DNA from: Phyllobates terribilis
Lineage: Eukaryota
DNA: 64,000 nt
Direction of reading: 5' to 3'
Assembly: GCF_046119375.1 (NCBI RefSeq)
Contig: NW_027362767.1
Location: 137,702,001 to 137,766,000 of the forward strand
Translations under genes and position numbers: made by a program
Notes under the pieces: model-generated
The model's input: the letters and a program-made list of their open reading frames with translations, nothing else
Told to the model about the DNA's origin: nothing
The model's database searches: none
Shown here: in pieces, positions 29,501 to 40,836 of the stretch
How positions within the stretch are numbered: the first letter of the stretch is position 1
Layout of the letters: the number at the start of each line of letters is the position of its first letter

Positions 29501-31473
29501 AAGAAAATAATCTGAAATAACTATATAGTAGAGGCAAAATAAATAAAAAAAAAAATCATATTTTATATTGCTAATATTAATACTACTAGGAATGAAAAAT
29601 ATATAAAAATAGAAAAAAAAAAATAAAACAATAGATTAATATTTAACAAATAACGAAATAATAATGAAAATGCCTTAAAACATTCTCTCTCTCTCATTAT
29701 TCTGGCATTTTGCAAATATTAAAAATTATGGTAATCCTAATTGACCTAAACCGGGAAAGGTTTATTCTGATTTCATGTCAGATATTGAGAAAAACATTCA
29801 TGTGTGTCTTTTTATATAGTGGATGGAAACTTCTGGTTTCAACTGTATATATATATATATATACACTGCTCAAAAAAATAAAGGGAACACTGAAATAACA
29901 CATCCTAGATCTGAATGAATGAAATATTCTCATTGAATACTTTGTTCTGTACAAAGTTGAATGTGCTGACAACAAAATCACACAAAAATCATCAATGGAA
30001 ATCACATTTATTAACCAATGGAGGCCTGGATTTGGAGTCACCCCCAAAATTAAAGTGGAAAAACACACTACAGGCTGATCCAACTTTGATGTAATGTCGT
30101 TAAAACAAGTCAAAATGAGGCTCAGTATTGTGTGTGGCCTCCACGTGCCTGTATGACCTCCCTACAACACCTGGGCATGCTCCTGATGAGGCTGAGTATT
30201 GTGTGTGGCCTCCACGTGCCTGTATGACCTCCCTACAACACCTGGGCATGCTCCTGATGAGGCTGAGTATTGTGTGTGGCCTCCACGTGCCTGTATGACC
30301 TCCCTACAACGCCTGGGCATGCTCCTGATGAGGCTGAGTATTGTGTGTGGTCTCCACGTGCCTGTATGACCTCCCTCCAACGCCTGGGCATGCTCCTGAT
30401 GAGGCTGAGTATTGTGTGTGGCCTCCACGTGCCTGTATGACCTCCCTACAACGCCTGGGCATGCTCCTGATGAGGCTGAGTATTGTGTGTGGCCTCCACG
30501 TGCCTGTATGACCTCCCTACAACGCCTGGGCATGCTCCTGATGAGGCTGAGTATTGTGTGTGGCCTCCACGTGCCTGTATGACCTCCCTACAACGCCTGA
30601 GCATGCTCCTGATGAGGTTGCGGATGGTCTCCTGTGGGATCTCCTCCCAGACCTGGACTAAAGCATCCGCCAACTCCTGGACAGTCTGTGGTGCAACGTG
30701 ACGTTGGTGGATGGAGCGAGACATGATGTCCCAGATGTGCTCAATCGGATTCAGGTCTGGGGAACGGGCGGGCCAGTCCATAGCTTCAATGCTTTCATCT
30801 TGCAGGAACTGCTGACACACTCCAGCCATATGAGGTCTGGCATTGTCCTGCATTAGGAGGAACCCAGGGCCAACTGCACCAGGATATGGTCTCACAAGGG
30901 GTCTGAGGATCTCATCTCGGTACCTAATGACAGTCAGGCTACCTCTGGCGAGCACATGGAGGGCTGTGCGGCCCTCCAAAGAAATGCCACCCCACACCAT
31001 TACTGACCCACTGCCAAAGCGGTCATGCTGAAGGATATTGCAGGCAGCAGATCGCTCTCCACGGCGTCTCCAGACTCTGTCACATGTGCTCAGTGTGAAC
31101 CTGCTTTCATCTGTGAAGAGCACAGGGCGCCAGTGGCGACTTTGCCAATCCGGGTGTTCTGTGGCAAATGCCAAGCGTCCTGCACGGTGTTGGGCTGTGA
31201 GCACAACCCCCATCTGTGGACGTCGGGCCCTCATACCAGCCTCATGGAGTCGGTTTCTAACCGTTTGTGCAGACACATGCACATTTGTGGCCTGCTGGAG
31301 GTCATTTTGCAGGGCTCTGGCAGTGCTCCTACTGTTCCATTTGCACAACAGCAGGAGAAATTGATTCACAATCAGTGTTGCTTCATAACTGGACAGGTAG
31401 ATTTCACAGAAGTGTTATTGACTTGGAGTTACATTGTGTTGTTTAAGTGTTCCCTTTATTTTTTTGAGCAGTG

Positions 31474-31532
<59 letters not shown>

Positions 31533-34500
31533 AAAATGATATACCAAAAATATTCTAAATAATGATAACAATAATTATAAACAACGATTATCAATAGTAG
31601 CAATACATTTTTTTGCTACTACGAATATTAATATATGAAATAAAATAGCAATGGAAATATATAAATTATTAACAATATACAACAATAATAATTATTATAA
31701 GGTAGGGAAAAAACAAGAAGAATTACAAAAATAACAAAATAAAGAAAATAAATCAATAATATAAAGCAATACCAACATAAGAAGATCAAAAAATACAGTT
31801 ATATGAAAAAGTTTGGGCACCCCTATTAATCTTAAGCTTAATGTTTTATAAAAATTGGTGTTTTTGCAACAGCTATTTCAGTTTGATATATGTAATAACT
31901 GTTGGACACAGTAATGTTTCTGCCTTGAAATGAGGTTTATTGTACTAACAGAAAATGTGCAATCTGCATTCAAACAAAATTTGACAGGTGCATAAGTATG
32001 GGCACCTCACCAGAAAAGTGACATTAATATTTAGTAGATCCTCCTTTTGCAAAAATAACAGCCTCTAGTCGCTTCCTGTAGCTTTTAATGAGTTCCTGGA
32101 TCCTGGATGAAGGTATTTTTGACCATTCCTCTTTACAAAACAATTCCAGTTCAGTTAAGTTTGATGGTCGCCGATCATGGACAGCCCTCTTCAAATGATC
32201 CCACAGATGTTCAATGATATTCAGGTCTGGGGACTGGGATGGCCATTCCAGAACATTGTAATTGTTCCTCTGCATGAATGCCTGAGTAGATTTGGAGCGG
32301 TGTTTTGGATCATTGTCTTGCTGAAAGATCCATCCCCTGCGTAACTTCAACTTTGTCACTGATTCTTGAACATTATTGTCAAGAATCTGCTGATACTGAG
32401 TGGAATCCATGCGTCTCTCAACTTTAACAAGATTCCCGGTGCCGGCATTGGCCACACAGCCCCAAAGCATGATGGAACCTCCACCAAATTTTACTGTGGG
32501 TAGCAAGTGTTTTTCTTGGAATGCTGTGTTTTTTTGCCGCCATGCATAACGCCTTTTTGTATGACCAAACAACTCAATCTTGGTTTCATCAGTCCACAGG
32601 ACCTTCTTCCAAAAAGAAATTGGCTTCTCCAAATGTGCTTTTGCATACCTCAGCTGACTCTGTTTGTGGCGTGCTTGCAGAAACGGCTTCTTTCGCATCA
32701 CTCTCCCATACAGCTTCTCCTTGTGCAAAGTGCGTTGTATAGTTGACCGATGCACAGTGACACCATCTGCAGCAAGTTGATGCTGCAGCTCTCTGGAGGT
32801 GGTCTGAGGATTGTCCTTGACTGATCTCACCATTCTTCTTCTCTGCCTTTCTGATGTTTTTCTTGGCCTGCCACTTCTGGCCTTAACAAGAACTGTCCCT
32901 GTGTTCTTCCATTTCCTTACTATGTTCCTCACAGTGGAAACTGACAGGTTAAATCTCTGAGACAGCTTTTTGTATCCTTCCCCTGAACAACTATGTTGAA
33001 TAATCTTTGTTTTCAGATCATTTGACAGTTGTTTTGAGGAGCCCATGATGCCACTCTTCAGAGGAGATTCAAACAGGAGATTCAAACAGGAGAACAACTT
33101 GCAAGTGGCCACTTTAAGTAGCTTTTCTCATGATTGTATACACCTGGCTATGAAGTTCAAAGCTCAATGAGGTTACAAAACCAAAAAAGTGCTTTAGTAA
33201 GTCAGTAAAAAGTAGGTAGGAGTATTTAAAACAAGAAAATGATAAGGGTGCCCATACTTATGCACCTGTCAAATTTTGTTTGAATGCAGATTGCACATTT
33301 TCTGTTAGTACAATAAACCTCATTTCAAGGCAGAAACATTACTGTGTCCAACAGTTATTACATATATCAAACTGAAATAGCTGTTGCAAAAACACCAATT
33401 TTTATAAAACATTAAGCTTAAGATTAATAGGGGTGCCCAAACTTTTTCATATAACTGTATATATAGCAATGACAAAAACAACAAAATATAAAAATAATAT
33501 AGTTATAAAATAATAAAGGATGAGGGTTAAACAATTAAAAATATAAAAATAATAATACATATATAATAATTATAAGCTAATAGTAAAACCTATTGAAGTA
33601 ATGAAAACAAAGCTAATATAAAAACAATCATAATCAGGGATGGGATGATAGAAGCAGGGCTGTGGAGATGGTAAGCCAAACCTCCGACTCCACAGCCCGA
33701 CCTCACTACTGAGCGTGTACATAAAGTGCAGCAGTGGTCACTACTGAGCGTGTACATAAAGTGCAGCACTGGTCACTACTGAGCGTGTACATAAAGTGCA
33801 GCAGTGGTCACTACTCAGCGTGTACATAAAGTGCAGCAGTGGTCACTACTGAGCGTGCACATAAAGTGCAGCAGTGGTCACTACTGAGCGTGTACATAAA
33901 GTGCAGCACTGGTCACTACTCAGCGTGTACATAAAGTGCAGCAGTGGTCACTACTCAGCGTGTACATAAAGTGCAGCACTGGTCACTACTGAGCGTGTAC
34001 ATAAAGTGCAGCAGTGGTCACTACTCAGCGTGTACATAAAGTGCAGCACTGGTCACTACTGAGAGTGTACATAAAGTGCAGCACTGGTCACTACTCAGCG
34101 TGTACATAAAGTGCAGCACTGGTCACTACTGAGCGTGTACATAAAGTGCAGCACTGGTCACTACTCAGCGTGTACATGAAGTGCAGCACTGGTCACTACT
34201 CAGCGTGTACATAAAGTGCAGCAGTGGTCACTACTCAGCGTGTACATAAAGTGCAGCAGTGGTCACTACTCAGCGTGTACATAAAGTGCAGCACTGGTCA
34301 CTACTGAGAGTGTACATAAAGTGCAGCACTGGTCACTACTCAGCGTGTACATAAAGTGCAGCACTGGTCACTACTGAGCGTGTACATAAAGTGCAGCACT
34401 GGTCACTACTCAGCGTGTACATAAAGTGCAGCACTGGTCACTACTCAGCGTGTACATAAAGTGCAGCAGTGGTCACTACTCAGCGTGTACATAAAGTGCA

Positions 34501-37500
34501 GCAGTGGTCACTACTCAGCGTGTACATAAAGTGCAGCACTGGTCACTACTGAGCATGTACATAAAGTGCAGCAGTGGTCACTACTCAGCGTGTACATAAA
34601 GTGCAGCACTGGTCACTACTGAGAGTGTACATAAAGTGCAGCACTGGTCACTATTCAGCGTGTACATAAAGTGCAGCACTTGTCACTACTGAGAGTGTAC
34701 ATAAAGTGCAGCAGTGGTCACTACTGAGCGTGTACATAAAGTGCAGCAGTGGTCACTACTGAGCGTGTACATAAAGTGCAGCAGTGGTCACTACTGAGCG
34801 TGTACATAAAGTGCAGCAGTGGTCACTACTCAGCGTGTACATAAAGTGCAGCAGTGGTCACTACTGAGCGTGTACATAAAGTGCAGCAGTGGTCACTACT
34901 GAGCGTGTACATAAAGTGCAGCAGTGGTCACTACTGAGCGTGTACATAAAGTGCAGCAGTGGTCACTACTCAGCGTGTACATAAAGTGCAGCACTGGTCA
35001 CTACTGAGCGTGTACATAAAGTGCAGCACTGGTCACTACTCAGCGTGTACATAAAGTGCAGCACTGGTCATTACTGAGCGTGTACATAAAGTGCAGCACT
35101 GGTCACTACTCAGCGTGTACATAAAGTGCAGCACTGGTCACTACTCAGCGTGTACATAAAGTGCAGCACTGGTCACTACTGAGAGTGTACATAAAGTGCA
35201 GCACTGGTCACTACTGAGAGTGTACATAAAGTGCAGCACTGGTCACTACTCAGCGTGTACATAAAGTGCAGCACTGGTCACTACTGAGCGTGTACATAAA
35301 GTGCAGCAGTGGTCACTACTCAGCGTGTACATAAAGTGCAGCACTGGTCACTACTGAGCGTGTACATAAAGTGCAGCACTTGTCACTACTGAGAGTGTAC
35401 ATAAAGTGCAGCAGTGGTCACTACTGAGCGTGTACATAAAGTGCAGCAGTGGTCACTACTGAGCGTGTACATAAAGTGCAGCAGTGGTCACTACTGAGCG
35501 TGTACATAAAGTGCAGCAGTGGTCACTACTGAGCGTGTACATAAAGTGCAGCAGTGGTCACTACTGAGCGTGTACATAAAGTGCAGCAGTGGTCACTACT
35601 GAGCGTGTACATAAAGTGCAGCAGTGGTCACTACTGAGCGTGTACATAAAGTGCAGCAGTGGTCACTACTCAGCGTGTACATAAAGTGCAGCACTGATTC
35701 ATCTCAACTAAAATCCGAGATCCTGAGATCAGGAACAGCACAGACATTTATAGGACATTTCATAACTTTCCCAAATTCTTTTGAAAACTAGGAGTCAGTC
35801 CATTTTATACCGACTCCAACTGCACCAAAATGGACCCCGATTCCACAGCCCTGGTTAGAAGACTCTGCCATGAAAACATCCTGAGGGCGGAGGGCATCTC
35901 TAACATAAATTTTGTTTTCGACTTCCAGTGATTATGTCGGAGGACGCCCTGATGGCGAGACGTGAGCTGAGACTGAGGAAGAAGAAGGAACGTCTGCAGA
36001 GGATACAGAAGGAGGCAGAGGTGGGATCCCTGACCGAGGAGCAGAAGCAGCTGATAGCGATCCTGATCGACGCTCACCAGAAACACTTCGACTCCAATCT
36101 AGAACATTTTGTGGATTACAGGGTGAGGGGATACACCGGTGTACTGTATCTAATCTCATCATGTGTGATACTGTCATCTGAGCTTTGTATAAATACCTAT
36201 CATGTACGTTGCGGTTTGTGTATAATATAATCCCTGAGAGGCCGGTGGGTGTATAATATAATCCCTGGGTGACCGGTGGGTGTATAATATAATCCCTGGG
36301 TGGCCGGTGGGTGTATAATATAATCCCTGGGTGACCGGTGGGTGTATAATATAATCCCTGGGTGGCCAGTGGGTGTATAATTATAATCCCTGGGAGGCCG
36401 GTGGGTGTATAATATAATCCCTGGGTGGCCGATGTGTGCATAATATAATCCCTGGGAGGCCGGTGGGTGTATAATATAATCCCTGGGTGGCCGGTGGGTG
36501 TATAATATAATCCCTGGGTGACCGGTGGGTGTATAATATAGTCCCACGGTGGCCGCTGGGTGTATAATATAATCCCTGGGTGACCGGTGGGTGTATAATA
36601 TAATCCCTGGGTGACCGGTGGGTGTATAATATAATCCCTGGGAGGCTGGTGGGTGTATAATATAATCCCTGGGTGGCCGGTGGGTGTATAATATAATCCC
36701 TGGGTGACCGGTGGGTGTATAATATAGTCCCACGGTGGCCGCTGGGTGTATAATATAATCCCTGGGTGGCCGGTGGGTGTATAATATAATCCCTGGGTGA
36801 CCGGTGGGTGTATAATATAGTCCCACGGTGGCCGCTGGGTGTATAATATAATCCCTGGGTGACCGGTGGGTGTATAATATAATCCCTGGGTGACCGGTGG
36901 GTGTATAATATAATCCCTGGGTGGCCGGTGGGTGTATAATATAATCCCTGGGTGACCGGTGGGTGTATAATATAATCCCTGGGTGACCGGTGGGTGTATA
37001 ATATAATCCCTGGGAGGCTGGTGGGTGTATAATATAATCCCTGGGTGGCCGGTGGGTGTATAATATAATCCCTGGGTGGCCGGTGGGTGTATAATATAAT
37101 CCCTGGGTGACCGGTGGGTGTATAATATAATCCCTGGGTGACCGGTGGGTGTATAATATAATCCCTGGGTGGCCGTATAATATAATCCCTGGGTGACCGG
37201 TGGGTGTATAATATAATCCCTGGGTGGGCGGTGGGTGTATAATATAATCCCTGGGTGACCGGTGGGTGTATAATATAATCCCTGGGTGGCCGGTGGGTGT
37301 ATAATATAATCCCTGGGTGACCGGTGGGTGTATAATATAATCCCTGGGTGACCGGTGGGTGTATAATATAATCCCTAGGTGGCCGATGTGTGTATAATAT
37401 AATCCCTGGGTGACCGGTGGGTGTATAATATAGTCCCACGGTGGCCGCTGGGTGTACACAATAGCAGGGGGTGAGCAGATCTCCTCTACACATCCGGTTT

Positions 37501-39244
37501 ATCCTTCTGCTCTTTCGCAGCTTCTCTCGGGACGACCTTTGTGACTTCGCAGATATGTAATCAGTAACCAGGAGCAATATCCTGGCAGGAACATCAAGTA
37601 CAGATCGGTGCCATTAAGGGCAACCACGGCCGGATGGCACCGGATTCTCGGATGCCACCATCTGACCCACTGGCTGGAGCCGGTCAGATCAGATGCCCCT
37701 GCCCCTCATAAAAGCCCGTCCTAAAGGGGAAAATCATCTGACATTTTTTGTATTAATTCAGCCATAGATATCCCATGGAACATGGAGACGTACATATTTC
37801 GGCAGAGATTAACTCTATTTCTGCACACGGGCACGTTTACAGGGCACTACCAGGGCGACAGGGGGCAGCCATGTTTACAGGGAGATGTAATGTAAGGCAA
37901 TGGGCAGGGAAACATCGCCATCTAATGGATGAAAAGTAGTAATGTCTGTGTCTCTTCCCTCCAGCCACAGCCCATTATAAAGGTTGACTGGGAGAACTGT
38001 GATGTGCACAAATCATCGTCCTTCTCTCCTGACTGTAGTCCGGGGGGCACGGAGCAGAGTCCCACCGCACAGCACATGCTCGGCTATGTCATCGGGGACA
38101 ACATGATGGAGCTACCACATTTTGCAGATCTGAGCACTTACATGATTCAACAAGTTATCCAATTTGCTAAAGAGATCCCAGTCTTCAGGTGAGTACATAC
38201 ACGGAGGGAGCAGAAGAGCGAGCGCTGCTCCGGAGGCCGCTGCTCCATTTCCTGTATTTCTCTCCTCTCAGATCTTTATCTATAGACGATCAGATCTCGC
38301 TGCTGAAAGGATCCACCATGGAGGTCTCCCACCTGCAGTTTAACACCGTCTTCAATCTGGAGACCAAGATCTGGGAGTGCGGGCGCCTGAAGCTGAGTAT
38401 AGAGCATGGCGAGATGAGTGAGTGCCGACGGGCGGGGGCCATGGTCATACTCTGGGGGTCTCTAGGGCGGGTATGATGGCAGCTCACATTCAAATATTCT
38501 GCTAGAAATTATGAATAATTAGAATATAATTTTAACTAAGTAGGGGGCGGGGCTTTCTTCTTAAAGAGGCAGCAGTGCTGTTAGATAAGACGCCCCCCAG
38601 TGGTGCTTCTCTGATATAGATTTTTCGTACTCAGCCGGGTTCCAGCGCATATTTTTGGAGCCATTACTAAAATTTCACATCACCCTCCGGAAGTTAAAGC
38701 TTCACGAGGCCGAGTACGTCCTGATGCAGGCGCTGGCGCTCTTCTCCCCAGGTATGTGACTCGGCGGCATAGAGGAGGCGGGGGTCCAGTGGTGGGACCC
38801 CACTAATCCAGTCCACCCTGCCATCTCTCCACAGACCGGCCAGGCGTCATTGAACACAACCACATCGATAAGATCCAGGAGACCATGGCCATGACCCTGA
38901 AATGTTACATCGATTACCACCACCAGCTTCCGTGCAGCAGGTAACGTGCCTCCTCCGCCGGCACTAGCGATAAGTACCCCCATCCTCAGGCCGTGCCATA
39001 CTAACATTGGTTGTCACCGGCTTTATTACCAGACGTCCAATCACGGTGCAATTATTACAGTTCAGAGGCGGGGCTGTGAAGTTATAACGTATTGGCTCCT
39101 CCCCCCAGGTTCCTGTTTGCTAAGCTGCTGTCCATGCTGGCCGAGCTGCGGACCCTGAACGAGGAGAACGCCAAGCAGATGGTTCACATCCAGAATGTGA
39201 TGGAGGACGCCATGACGCCGCTGATGAAGGAGATATTCAGCTGA
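23598..39244 (+). CDS. nr1i3: Nuclear receptor CAR (constitutive androstane receptor), 8 coding exons, ~433 aa
   Basis: Exons 23598-23845, 26676-26806, 35929-36122, 37965-38188, 38272-38417, 38635-38751, 38835-38940, 39109-39244. All have GT-AG boundaries and compatible phases, totalling 1302 nt. [44 protein letters not shown]; [29 protein letters not shown]...[10 protein letters not shown]. It resembles chicken CXR/CAR more than PXR and lies tail-to-tail with tomm40l, as in human. The start ATG sits at the exon edge; the 5' UTR exon was not located. Confidence 0.93.
24160..26620. repeat. Variable ~25-45-bp minisatellite (TATATTACAGTGTGGTAGATTACGGTA) in an nr1i3 intron
   Basis: Direct reading. 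Confidence 0.95.
27806..29434 (+). mobile_element. Tc1 transposon with ~270-bp TIRs, full length
   Basis: TIR (C)AGTACAGACCAAAAGTTTGGACACACCTTCTCA at both ends; TA flanks. Confidence 0.95.
28219..29271 (+). CDS. Intact Tc1 transposase, 350 aa
   Basis: [12 protein letters not shown]..., [22 protein letters not shown]; no stops. Confidence 0.92.
   Translation: MARKKQLSKEKRVAIITLRNEDQSVRKIGQTLKVSPSAVAKTIKRYKETGSPEDRPRKGRPRVTSASEDKFIRVTSLRNRRLTAAQIRDQVSATQSSSSRHISTTTVKRRLCAAGLHGKIAARKPLLRTGNKQKRLVWAKEHKEWTLDQWKSVLWSDESKFENFGSNHRVFVRCRKGERMDSTCLVPTVKHGGGGVMVWGCFAGDTVGDLFKIEGILNQHGYHSILQRHTIPSGLRLVGPSFIFQQDNDPKHTSRLCKGYLTKKESDGVLRQMTWPTQSPDLTPIEMVWGELDRRVKAKGPTSAKHLWELLQDCWKTISGDYLLKLIKRMPRVCKAVIKAKGGYFEEPRI
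29701..29845 (+). mobile_element. Right-end fragment of another Tc1
   Basis: Ends in ...AAACTTCTGGTTTCAACTG|TA, a Tc1-type terminus, immediately before the next element. Confidence 0.6.
29864..31473 (-). mobile_element. Defective Tc1 with 5' deletion and a 7x71-bp internal tandem expansion
   Basis: TIR CACTGCTCAAAAAAATAAAGGGAACACT at both ends; [14 protein letters not shown] and PDLNPIEH motifs in ORF 30446-31369; flanked by (TA)n. Confidence 0.92.
31796..33457 (-). mobile_element. Tc1 transposon, full length, near-perfect long TIRs
   Basis: TA|CAGTTATATGAAAAAGTTTGGGCACCCC at both ends; the TIRs match over roughly 230 bp. Confidence 0.96.
32024..33046 (-). CDS. Intact Tc1 transposase, 340 aa
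   Basis: [12 protein letters not shown]...WTDETK...QQDNDPKH...[11 protein letters not shown]...GGSTKY*. Confidence 0.93.
   Translation of the reverse strand: MGSSKQLSNDLKTKIIQHSCSGEGYKKLSQRFNLSVSTVRNIVRKWKNTGTVLVKARSGRPRKTSERQRRRMVRSVKDNPQTTSRELQHQLAADGVTVHRSTIQRTLHKEKLYGRVMRKKPFLQARHKQSQLRYAKAHLEKPISFWKKVLWTDETKIELFGHTKRRYAWRQKNTAFQEKHLLPTVKFGGGSIMLWGCVANAGTGNLVKVERRMDSTQYQQILDNNVQESVTKLKLRRGWIFQQDNDPKHRSKSTQAFMQRNNYNVLEWPSQSPDLNIIEHLWDHLKRAVHDRRPSNLTELELFCKEEWSKIPSSRIQELIKSYRKRLEAVIFAKGGSTKY
33703..35696. repeat. 35-bp minisatellite (GGTCACTACTGAGCGTGTACATAAAGTGCAGCAGT), ~57 copies
   Basis: Period measured as 35. Confidence 0.97.
36205..37458. repeat. 31-bp minisatellite (CCGGTGGGTGTATAATATAATCCCTGGGTGA), ~40 copies
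   Basis: Period measured as 31. Confidence 0.97.
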
Positions 39245-39751
39245 GGGACCGCGCGGGCCGGTCACATGACGCACAAACTACTCCAAAATCAGTATTATCA
39301 CATTGAGGGTTCAATCCAACCCCGATCTGGACACCTGGCCAAGGAAATCTATCAAGTGCTCTCTGCTGTCAGCCACTTTATACAGATATTCTGGTGGAAG
39401 AGACGTATTCCCAACAGACATCACTGAGGTTCATTCAATCAGATCTGTAAGATCAGATCTGCAATGTGAGCACAATGTACATAGAGAGACATTGATGTAT
39501 CTAGCACTAATTGATCATCCGCCCCTTTAATTGGTCGCCACCAGAGGCCAGTGACCGCTTTCATCACTGACCATGATGCACTATAACTGGTGACGACGGC
39601 CAAATGTGCTCTGCCGCCCCTCCCAGGATGGGCAGGAGGCTACTGAGCATCTGTGCACTTTGCTGCAATACCCATGAAGCTTTTTCACAAGGAGAGGGGC
39701 ATTTTATAATAATTTGTAATTTTTATAATTGTATTTCTCAGGGCTTCGCCC

Positions 39752-39757
39752 ATTAAA
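39752..39757 (+). terminator. Candidate nr1i3 polyadenylation signal ATTAAA
   Basis: About 500 nt after the stop codon; motif evidence only. Confidence 0.35.
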
Positions 39758-40836
39758 ACAAGACCACACACATTACTCAGAGTCACATGATTCACGAGTA
39801 GCTGGGCACCTTTCTAGAGATAACAGCACGAATAGTGTGGTGTTCTGCTGCCATCGGGTGGCTAGAAAGATGTACTGCACCTCATGAAAAGTACAGCTTG
39901 TATCGGGGACATTTATTTATTATCTAGCAGTGTTTCATTTCCATACTTGTACCCAGGCCCGACTATAGGGCAAGTCTGGCAAATGCCAGGTAGGCCACAT
40001 GGGCCTGAAAAAAATCTCAGCAGTATCGGCATCCGCAGCACAGCTGTAGCAGAGTACAGAAGGATTGGCTCCCTGTTATACTCCTTATTCCGGCAGGACT
40101 ATTGGTGGCCGGCGCCATACAGGGGACGTCAGGCAGTGTGATGACATCACTGCAATGCTCCCCCGCGTACCAGCCCACCGGAGACAAGCCAGAAGACATA
40201 GCGACTGCAGAGGACGGGGAATGAGGAGTATGTGAGAATAAGGGTGTTTTTCTTTAATTATCACTGTGAGACACAGTAGTCATGCACAGGGGGAGCCGCG
40301 GGGGCACCGCGCCGCACACAGGGGGAGCCGTGAAGGCATCGCGCCACGCACAGGGAGTACCCCGAGTGTCACCATCCTGTACTCTGCAGTGTCAGCATCC
40401 TTCTCCATCATTCCCAGTTTGGGATAAAGCTTGGAGCCCCCCTATATTACATCCAATATTACAGACGCCGCTGACAGAACACACGGGAGGCCCATGTCTG
40501 GTAAAGTTTGGCTTTATAAACGTGGACAGCGCCTCCTACAGGCCGCACTGATCTCCTGCAATATAACAACAAACAATGTACATGGAATGAGGAAGAGTGC
40601 GGTCTCCGACCTGTCCATGTGGCCACTGGGCATCCAGAGACACGAGCAGTGGAGGGTGACGGAGTGGATGACGCCCTGAGATTTACCCCTGTGCTAGGCG
40701 TGCAGTGCACTGTCTCACCACTGGGGGCAACATCGTCCTGTGTCCCCCAGACCAACAATAATTTATACAAACAGGACATGGACAGTGGTCCCAAGGAAAG
40801 GAGGTGGGGGTGGGCGAGTCACCTGTCCGTCAGTCT

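Noticed and set aside
31474-31532. (TA)n tract as a special element
   Set aside because: It is an ordinary microsatellite at a Tc1 target site.
33703-35696. CRISPR-like 35-bp periodicity (also the 31, 34 and 37-bp arrays)
   Set aside because: The units are head-to-tail with no unique spacers, there are no cas genes, and the context is eukaryotic.
36200-37577. ~400-aa ORFs on the minus strand
   Set aside because: Artefact of the 31-bp array inside an nr1i3 intron.
23598-39244. PXR (nr1i2) or VDR assignment
   Set aside because: The HFHV DBD motif, CXR-like LBD and tomm40l adjacency fit nr1i3.
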